Below are positions 7,797-13,645 of a stretch of DNA of 13,645 bases, piece after piece; position 1 is the stretch's first letter; each line of letters opens with the position of its first letter. Source of the stretch: Bdellovibrionales bacterium. Its GTDB lineage: Bacteria > Bdellovibrionota > Bdellovibrionia > Bdellovibrionales > UBA840. Below the pieces are notes generated by a model, which was not told the origin of the DNA, did no database searches, and worked only from the letters and a program-made list of their open reading frames with translations. The stretch is taken from positions 1 to 13,645 of the forward strand of contig JBBKWS010000173.1 of assembly GCA_037969075.1 (NCBI GenBank). The letters are read 5' to 3'. The position numbers were made by a program, and so were the translations under genes.

Positions 7797-8371
7797 CGTA
7801 CTTTTTTATAATACCGCTTACGATCGCGGTCCCAATGGTAGGCGATCCCTACAAATAATTGCGCCCCTATACCACTATCCCCCGAAAGATTCGCAACAAC
7901 AGCTAGCTCAGTTCTAATCGCAAAATTTGAATTAACAAACATATAGTCCAAACCAACAAATCCTCTAAGCCCAAATAAGAAGTCGTCTTCTTCATCACCA
8001 TCGCCAACTTCCTTACCTAAAACTAAGCCTGGGCCATAATAGAAGTAAGCTGAATTCCAAAAATCTTTGGACTTAATTTTATCTCTAGCATCGTAATAAT
8101 AAAATACGTAGTTAAACTGACCCAAAACTTGCTCTTTGGTATGATAAGCAAAATCTAGATTATACGCTGATTTTGAACTAAGGTACTTTTGATACCTTAC
8201 GCCTGATGGCTGTCCCAACAATAGCTCTATAGATTTTTCACCAGGCTGAAACCCTATGAGTTTTCTGATAACTTTTGGTTCAGATTTAGCATTGTCATTG
8301 TTTACTGGTTTCCGAGCGAAAGAAATTGCAGGTAATAATAAAAAAATTAAACTAATATACAACTTTTTCAT
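7793..8371 (-). CDS. Small outer-membrane beta-barrel protein (DUF3996-like)
   Basis: Signal peptide MKKLYISLIFLLLPAISFA. LLLGQPSGVRYQKYL...AYNLDF resembles the LGxPTG motif of DUF3996-like barrels. Alternating amphipathic strands YFYYGPGLVLG, FGLRGFVGLDYMF and AQLFVGIAYHW. Confidence 0.7.
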   Translation of the reverse strand: MKKLYISLIFLLLPAISFARKPVNNDNAKSEPKVIRKLIGFQPGEKSIELLLGQPSGVRYQKYLSSKSAYNLDFAYHTKEQVLGQFNYVFYYYDARDKIKSKDFWNSAYFYYGPGLVLGKEVGDGDEEDDFLFGLRGFVGLDYMFVNSNFAIRTELAVVANLSGDSGIGAQLFVGIAYHWDRDRKRYYKKVR

Positions 8372-10169
8372 ACTGAACCAGCTCCATTCTTCTCTTAATA
8401 ACGGTATAGTAGGTTCTGTATTTATTCAAAGATAAAATTAAATCACTTGCACTTGGTCCTGCAGGATACCTAAGACTCATATCCCAAGAAAGGTCGGCGA
8501 TATAATTTAATTTATACATACTATCGGATATACTTTTTTCTAAATAATGACGAATAAATAATTCTCTAAATCTATCTCTTCTTTGCGTTCTCTCATGCAC
8601 CCACTTATAAAGCAGGTCCAACTGCGGATCAGTACATGACACAGGAGAAATACGGTTCTTAATGGGGTTCTCGGTTTGCAAAAACTGTAAAAAGCATGGA
8701 TCGTGCAGGTTTTCCCAATCCTCCGTAACCAAAATCCCTAAATTAAATTTTGCAGTAAAAATCCATAGTGAATTATTAGCCTTATTTCCTGCTTGCAATA
8801 GTAAATCCCATTTTTCTTGTTTAATTGCTAGCGTTGCAAGCCATTCCATAACTTGTAGATCTTGTGTGGCTTCAAATATATTAAAAAAGTCTTTTGGGTT
8901 CTGCTCTAAATCAAAAGGATCCCAAAGTTTGCGAGCAAGCTTCCATTTTAATATTTTCATTTCATCAATATGTTCCCACGCTTTAATTCCTAAACTATTA
9001 ATCCACGCCTGGATTTTATTATCAAGTGGCTGTCCCCAATTAGTAACTTGCGGATTAGTTTCCATCTGATCAATCAAATTATTATAGGTATAAATTTTTT
9101 CATCAAAAATGTAATTATAGTTTCCATTCCTAAGTGAAAACCGTGATGTCGAATAATTTTTCCACTGCGGCCATGCTGATTCAACCATAATCCATCGATC
9201 TGAATCCGCTTCAGAGTAATCTTTATTAAAAATATTCTTCAATACAAACATGCTATCGTTAGGCTGCATATCATTTTGCACAAACAAACTATGCCCTAAA
9301 TCCACTAATGAATAATTGTAATCAACTTTCCAACTGTGGCCTAAATCACGCTTTTTATCGCTAGGCTTAAAATAAAATGCAACTTTTGTATTCTCTGAAT
9401 GTAAGTTGTAGGCATCCATCTCATTCTTGCGAAATGCTTCTCCCTTCCCATTCAATCCAAACACAATGATGTTGGTTTTATGCCAAAGATCGCGTTTTTT
9501 AAGGGCACTAGACATATAACCTATAGAATCTAATAAAGAGCCATACTGCCCATCATAAGTACTCTCTCTCTTCAATCCCTCTTCATCCTGAGTAGAGATA
9601 GATGGAAAAAGAAGGTCAGGCAGATAAACTACCGCAAAAAATGGTTTTGATGGCTCATTATCCAACCAATCAAAATAGGCATTCAAAGATTTTTTAGCTG
9701 GACGATAGTATGAATTCCAATGCATTGGAAAAGTGTCATCAAAATAACTAAACCCCTGAGCTAGACCTGATTTACGCCAAATGGCTCCACCACCAGAAAA
9801 AAAAGCTGTTCGCCAACCCTTTTTAAAAAGTAGCTCGGGCGCGGTAACAAATGACTCTTTTAAATAAACATTTCCATTATGCCAGACCTTGTGTTCATTG
9901 GGATACAAACCAGTAAGAACAGAGGCCAATGCCGCTTGTGATTGCGTAGAAGGCGTATACATGTGAGTAAATCGAATTGCTTCGTTACACAACAGGTCAA
10001 AAGCTTCCTTAGATTGATCGACTGTAATGGTCTGTGAACACAAACTGCCTGTAAAGGGCAGTTTTTCAACAGCAATCAATAAATAAGAAGGTTTTTCGCT
10101 ATGATCCGGCGAACATCCCAATACACACAAAAGTAATGCTACAAAAGTCTGGCGAAAGACGCGTCCCAA
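8352..10169 (-). CDS. Sulfatase-like (alkaline phosphatase superfamily) lipoprotein with a degenerate active site
   Basis: TTG start with SD AGGAG and lipobox-like LLCVLGC. Sulfatase scaffold motifs KPSYLLIAVE, FTHMYTPS, ASVLTGLYPNEH, GWRTAFF, GLAQGFSYFDD, KPFFAVVYL and YNNLIDQMETNP. Helical C-terminal extension. Overlaps the barrel gene by 20 bp. Confidence 0.8.
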   Translation of the reverse strand: MGRVFRQTFVALLLCVLGCSPDHSEKPSYLLIAVEKLPFTGSLCSQTITVDQSKEAFDLLCNEAIRFTHMYTPSTQSQAALASVLTGLYPNEHKVWHNGNVYLKESFVTAPELLFKKGWRTAFFSGGGAIWRKSGLAQGFSYFDDTFPMHWNSYYRPAKKSLNAYFDWLDNEPSKPFFAVVYLPDLLFPSISTQDEEGLKRESTYDGQYGSLLDSIGYMSSALKKRDLWHKTNIIVFGLNGKGEAFRKNEMDAYNLHSENTKVAFYFKPSDKKRDLGHSWKVDYNYSLVDLGHSLFVQNDMQPNDSMFVLKNIFNKDYSEADSDRWIMVESAWPQWKNYSTSRFSLRNGNYNYIFDEKIYTYNNLIDQMETNPQVTNWGQPLDNKIQAWINSLGIKAWEHIDEMKILKWKLARKLWDPFDLEQNPKDFFNIFEATQDLQVMEWLATLAIKQEKWDLLLQAGNKANNSLWIFTAKFNLGILVTEDWENLHDPCFLQFLQTENPIKNRISPVSCTDPQLDLLYKWVHERTQRRDRFRELFIRHYLEKSISDSMYKLNYIADLSWDMSLRYPAGPSASDLILSLNKYRTYYTVIKRRMELVQYEKVVY

Positions 10170-10225
10170 GCTTGCTCCTATTCTTCTTTCAAGAGATACT
10201 ATAACAAAAAAAACACGAGGTATAT

Positions 10226-10852
10226 ATGCTTACTGAAAATTTATTTCGAATCGCGCAATACGGTGCAGAATCAATTCTATATCTTTTACTTATTCTTAGC
10301 GTGATTAGCGTATCAATTATCTTAGAACGCTTCTTTACACTTCGTGGCGTTAGGGCTCGCAGTCGGAAGGTGCAAATTAAAATAGAAGACGCCTTAGTCT
10401 CCAACCACCTATCGGATCTTGAGCATATCAGTAGTTCACGTGACTCTATAGAGGCAAAAGCCCTGTCTTATGGTATCAGGTACGTAAAAGACAATGGTCC
10501 CACAGGTGTTGCCGAGGTCTTTAATTCATTTGCTATTATTGAAAAGCAAAAACTTGAAAAATCATTAAACTTTCTAGGCACTATTGGTTCAAATGCTGTG
10601 TTTATCGGTCTTCTTGGTACCGTACTTGGTATTATGAAAGCATTTAAAGATTTAGGTGTGAGCCAAGGGGATGTTTCAATGGTTATGACCGGAATTGCAG
10701 AGGCTCTTACAGCTACTGCCATTGGTCTTTTTGTGGCAATTCCTGCTGTTATTGCTTACAACTACTTTCAAAAGCAAGTTAAGATTATCGTCAGTAGCGT
10801 AGAGAGCGTGAGAGAACTTTGTATTGCTTACGCTAATCAGAAGGAAAAATAG
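10226..10852 (+). CDS. exbB: MotA/TolQ/ExbB proton-channel family protein
   Basis: Three TMs; motifs [25 protein letters not shown] and [33 protein letters not shown] upstream. Confidence 0.9.
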   Translation: MLTENLFRIAQYGAESILYLLLILSVISVSIILERFFTLRGVRARSRKVQIKIEDALVSNHLSDLEHISSSRDSIEAKALSYGIRYVKDNGPTGVAEVFNSFAIIEKQKLEKSLNFLGTIGSNAVFIGLLGTVLGIMKAFKDLGVSQGDVSMVMTGIAEALTATAIGLFVAIPAVIAYNYFQKQVKIIVSSVESVRELCIAYANQKEK

Positions 10853-10854
10853 TC

Positions 10855-11259
10855 ATGGCTTCTAAACTAGGCGGAGACAATGATGATCCAATAGTAGATA
10901 TTAACATCACTCCCTTTGTGGACGTGATCTTGGTTGTACTAATTATATTCATGGTTACTACTCCCATGTTAGTAAACCAAAGCATACAAATACAGCTGCC
11001 TAAAGCTGTTACTGGTGAAGATACTCCCCCCACGAATATTCAACTCACCATCTCTAAAGAGGGTGATGTTTATGTGGATGGAAAAAAAGTTAATGAAGAT
11101 GAAATTGAAAATATAGCGAAAGAAAAAATTTCATTTAATTCTAATGTGCAAGCATCTATTGCCGCTGATCAGAACACCACTCATGGTCAAGTAATCAGAG
11201 TCATTGATTTGATCAAAAAAGGTGGTATTCATAAATTTGCCATTAGCACTACAAAATAG
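10855..11259 (+). CDS. exbD: ExbD/TolR family protein
   Basis: DINITPFVDVILVVLIIFMVTTP contains the conserved TM Asp. Also IQLPKA and IAADQNTTHGQVIRVIDLIKKGGI. Confidence 0.92.
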   Translation: MASKLGGDNDDPIVDINITPFVDVILVVLIIFMVTTPMLVNQSIQIQLPKAVTGEDTPPTNIQLTISKEGDVYVDGKKVNEDEIENIAKEKISFNSNVQASIAADQNTTHGQVIRVIDLIKKGGIHKFAISTTK

Positions 11260-11270
11260 GAATTAAACAA

Positions 11271-12653
11271 TTGCAACAAACATCGACATTACAAAAAGCA
11301 TTTGAAATAAACTTAGAGCCAACCATATACGGAACATTTGCGGAAATTGGCGCTGGTCAAGAAGTAGCTAGACAATTTTTTGAAGCCGGAAAAGCTTCAG
11401 GAACCGTTGCCAAGACTATCTCAGCTTACGACATGGTATTTAGTGACAGCATTTATGGTAAAGAAAAAACAGGTCGCTATGTCTGCCAAAGTCGAGTTGA
11501 AAAAATGCTGTCCTACGAATTTGATCTATTGATAGAGCGTCTTAAAACAACCAGAGGTGATTCTACCAACTTCTTTTCGTTTGCAAACACCGTAACCACC
11601 GGTAGTAAATCTAGAAACATAGACTCGCACGGCTGGATTGGCGTTCGTTTTCAATTAAAACCCAATGGACCAGTTAATCAAATCGTAGCACACATTAAAA
11701 TGAAAAATAGATCGAACAGCCTTCAGCGTGAAGCTCTAGGTATTGTTGGGGTTAATTTAATTTATGCGGCTTTTAATCACACGGATAATCCCGAACAGTT
11801 CATCTTGTCGCTGATAGACAATCTTGATACCTCTCGAATCGAGATGGATATGATAGATTTTCAGGGAGATGATTTAAAACATATCGACAACCGTTTGATG
11901 AGTTTAAAGTTAGTGGCAAATCATCTTACCAATGCCGCCCTATTTTCACCCGAAGGCAAGGTTTTGCATATAGCTGATGTCTTATTTAAAAAACCCCTAG
12001 TTCTTTTACGCGGAAGCTTTTCGCCAGTAACTAATATCCATGTGGATATGATTGGTTCTGCCCTAAAGCAAATCAAGAGCGCCACCAAAGAAACACCTGT
12101 AGTATTTTTAGAACTTACTATTCATGACTTAATTCAGGATGGAGAGTTTAAAAATGCCAACTTCTTAGAAAGAGTAGATGTACTACAAACCCTAGGGCAT
12201 CCAGTTTTAATCAGTAATTTCTTTTTATTTTTTGAACTTAAAAAATATCTAGAGAAATTTACCACAGAGACTATATCAATGATAATGGGCGCCAATCTTT
12301 TATCTAAGCTTTTTGAAGAAGAATTTTATAAAAATGTAAACGGTGGTCTATTAGCTGGAATCGGACAGCTGACAGAGGGTAATTCTAAAATACTAATATA
12401 CCCGTTTAAAAAATCTGACACTGCCATGCTTACTTTGAGTAATTATAAGCCAGCGCAAAGTTCTTCTCAAATATTTGAACATCTAAAACAAAAAGATGTA
12501 TTTACTGAACTAGACTGTCTTGAAGTGTGTAAAGAAATCCACTCTGAGAATATTTTAACTATGATAAAAAATAAAGACGCCTCTTGGGAAAATTTTGTTC
12601 CAAAGAAAGTAGCGTCTTTGATTAAAGATCGAAAATTGTTTGGCTATAAATAA
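11271..12653 (+). CDS. Cytoplasmic two-domain protein: CinA-C-like N-terminus plus NadD/NMNAT-like nucleotidyltransferase
   Basis: N-terminal INLEPTIYGTFAEIGAGQEVARQFF..GKASGTVAKTISAYDM. C-terminal LLRGSFSPVTNIH is a (T/H)xxH nucleotidyltransferase motif, and the end WENFVPKKVASLIKDRKLFGY is NadD/NadM-like. No signal peptide. TTG start with AGGA at 11258-11261. Confidence 0.7.
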   Translation: MQQTSTLQKAFEINLEPTIYGTFAEIGAGQEVARQFFEAGKASGTVAKTISAYDMVFSDSIYGKEKTGRYVCQSRVEKMLSYEFDLLIERLKTTRGDSTNFFSFANTVTTGSKSRNIDSHGWIGVRFQLKPNGPVNQIVAHIKMKNRSNSLQREALGIVGVNLIYAAFNHTDNPEQFILSLIDNLDTSRIEMDMIDFQGDDLKHIDNRLMSLKLVANHLTNAALFSPEGKVLHIADVLFKKPLVLLRGSFSPVTNIHVDMIGSALKQIKSATKETPVVFLELTIHDLIQDGEFKNANFLERVDVLQTLGHPVLISNFFLFFELKKYLEKFTTETISMIMGANLLSKLFEEEFYKNVNGGLLAGIGQLTEGNSKILIYPFKKSDTAMLTLSNYKPAQSSSQIFEHLKQKDVFTELDCLEVCKEIHSENILTMIKNKDASWENFVPKKVASLIKDRKLFGYK

Positions 12654-13043
12654 TTACTTTTTAAATAGTAGTTTTATTGTATTTGAATACGGTTTTGCAA
12701 AAAACGATAGATACACCATCAATATTACAATCACGATTGCTATTGGCAGACCACTTGGTTGCAAAAAGGCATGAACCATAAAAATGTTTAGAGCGATAGG
12801 CGCAAGTACTACTAAAGCCAATGGCACAAACCTGCCTGATAATAATAAGGCACCACAAACTATCTCGGTGATTTTTAATAATGGAAAGAAATAAACACTC
12901 GCTATCAATCCCCCCATAAATACCATCAAACTCTCTGGCATATCCGGTGGAGGTGGTATTAGATTAAATAACCCTGCAATTCCGAAGATAAAAAATACTA
13001 GACCCAGTAAAATTCGTGCGATTAACGGAAGTTTTGCTTTCAT
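12654..13043 (-). CDS. DoxX family membrane protein
   Basis: ARILLGLVFFIFG, YFFPLLKITEIVCGALLLSGRFVPLALVVLAPIALNIFMVH; four TMs. SD AGGAG at 13052-13056. Confidence 0.9.
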   Translation of the reverse strand: MKAKLPLIARILLGLVFFIFGIAGLFNLIPPPPDMPESLMVFMGGLIASVYFFPLLKITEIVCGALLLSGRFVPLALVVLAPIALNIFMVHAFLQPSGLPIAIVIVILMVYLSFFAKPYSNTIKLLFKK

Positions 13044-13079
13044 GATGTTTTCTCCTATGTAAATAGGATGATAGACTTT

Positions 13080-13098
13080 AAATCTTGTGACAAGGTTT
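13080..13098. promoter_or_regulatory. Palindromic putative operator upstream of the DoxX gene
   Basis: AAAtCTTGT-G-ACAAGgTTT, a 19-bp dyad with one mismatch, 37-55 bp upstream of the DoxX start codon. Confidence 0.35.
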
Positions 13099-13154
13099 TA
13101 GCTGCTTACACATTGGTGTCAGCGAAGCTTCGCGTTAAATCTCCCACCATATCC

Positions 13155-13229
13155 GCCAACCGAATTAGATGTCCGTTAATACCGACCTTAAAAATCCGTA
13201 GGCCCAAATACTCGCATCTAATTTTTGGC
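13155..13229 (-). ncRNA. Candidate structured RNA (75-nt rod-like hairpin; possible antisense RNA or DoxX leader)
   Basis: Outer stems GCCAA/UUGGC and AAUUAGAUG/CAUCUAAUU. The inner stem AGUAUU-(UG)-GGCCU / AGGUC-GGUAUU needs four G-U pairs that exist only on the - strand. Confidence 0.3.
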
Positions 13230-13259
13230 ACAAACTTGCAATAGAGAGCTTGCTGCAAG

Positions 13260-13285
13260 AAAAAACCCCGCCTGAAAGGAGGGGT
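13260..13285 (-). terminator. Hairpin that reads as an intrinsic terminator on the - strand and as an SD-sequestering stem on the + strand
   Basis: On the - strand: ACCCCtCCT-TTC-AGGcGGGG followed by TTTTTT. It lies about 160 nt downstream of the phnA stop. Confidence 0.5.
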
Positions 13286-13288
13286 AAA

Positions 13289-13393
13289 ATGATCTATAAA
13301 GACTATAGATTGTTTCGGATTGTTATTAGGATACTTGAGTTAATAATTAAGATTTTGAAAATTATTTTAATACTTAAACTTTTGGGCTTATAG
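13289..13393 (+). CDS. 34-aa cationic amphipathic peptide, candidate type I toxin (MIYKDYRLFRIVIRILELIIKILKIILILKLLGL)
   Basis: Below the ORF-track cutoff. Perfect SD AAAGGAGG (13275-13282) 6 nt before ATG 13289, TAG at 13391-13393. 20 of 34 residues are I/L/V, and charged residues 7, 10, 14, 17, 21 and 24 show helical periodicity. Confidence 0.65.
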   Translation: MIYKDYRLFRIVIRILELIIKILKIILILKLLGL

Positions 13394-13444
13394 ATAATTC
13401 GCTGCCATGCTCTTTTAATCTGGATGGGGTTTTCTCTTGTGGCA

Positions 13445-13645
13445 CTATACTTTTTTAACAAATTCAGATTTTAGATTGATCGATCCAATTCCATCAATTT
13501 TGCACGCAATATCATGCCCATCACCGGCGTCCATTATTCGGATATTTTTTACTTTAGTACCCACTTTTACTGCCGAAGTAGAGCCTTTGATTCTTAATTC
13601 TTTAATCACTGTTACGGTATCACCCGTTACTAATAGGTTCCCAAA
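13445..13645 (-). CDS. phnA: PhnA/YjdM family protein, C-terminal part (5' end outside the window)
   Basis: Not in the ORF track; translated by hand: [66 protein letters not shown], matching the PhnA/YjdM C-terminal domain. Confidence 0.93.
   Translation of the reverse strand, partial: FGNLLVTGDTVTVIKELRIKGSTSAVKVGTKVKNIRIMDAGDGHDIACKIDGIGSINLKSEFVKKV

Larger units (their letters stand above)
13251..13444. repeat. Imperfect inverted repeat with arms 13251-13272 and 13422-13444 bracketing the small ORF
   Basis: TGCTGCAAGAAAAAACCCCGCC versus GGATGGGGTTTTCTCTTGTGGCA. As + strand RNA this gives 18 Watson-Crick and 3 G-U pairs, 1 mismatch and 1 bulge. Confidence 0.8.

Noticed and set aside
10170..10225. 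Sigma70-like promoter TTGCTC-N17-GATACT for exbB
   Set aside because: The match is too weak for AT-rich DNA to report as a feature.
11271..12653. Calling this gene a TonB-dependent receptor because it follows exbBD
   Set aside because: It has no signal peptide, TonB box or beta-barrel pattern, and its motifs are those of cytoplasmic alpha/beta enzymes.
8662..12858. ORFs 8662-9069, 9860-10075, 10189-10404, 10468-10722, 10833-11033 and 12661-12858
   Set aside because: Shadow or alternate-frame ORFs overlapping the sulfatase-like, exbBD and DoxX genes.
13251..13444. MITE or IS remnant explanation for the inverted repeat
   Set aside because: Disfavoured but not excluded: no transposase, only a trivial CT flank match as a target duplication, mismatches are mostly G-U compatible on one strand, and the interior is an SD-led ORF.
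1..13645. CRISPR array, tRNA/rRNA, integrase or transposase, Ser/Thr kinase
   Set aside because: No regularly spaced direct repeats, RNA-gene signatures or matching protein motifs were seen by eye.

Overview
AT-rich, gene-dense bacterial chromosomal window. The gene content (orphan tadC, DUF192, three membrane FHA proteins and a PP2C-like gene, divergent from maf-proC) suggests a predatory Bdellovibrionota-type organism; this is an inference. Gene order: proC (3'-truncated, -), maf (-), a tightly coupled six-gene + strand operon (tadC, DUF192, FHA-TM-periplasmic-TM-HAMP-PAS protein, FHA-TM-TPR, FHA-FHA-TM-TPR, degenerate PP2C), a convergent - strand pair (small outer-membrane beta-barrel and degenerate sulfatase-like lipoprotein), exbB-exbD plus a CinA-like/nucleotidyltransferase fusion (+), a DoxX gene (-), a 401-bp structured 'intergenic' region and the 3' end of phnA/yjdM (-). 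Main findings: (1) an unlisted 34-aa cationic amphipathic peptide ORF at 13289-13393, with its SD and AUG locked in hairpins and a 21-bp 5'-3' long-range duplex around it, which makes it a candidate new type I toxin-antitoxin locus; (2) a Kil-like Tad/FHA cluster with a kinase-less FHA sensor, a pseudo-phosphatase and a probable non-canonical ATA start codon.
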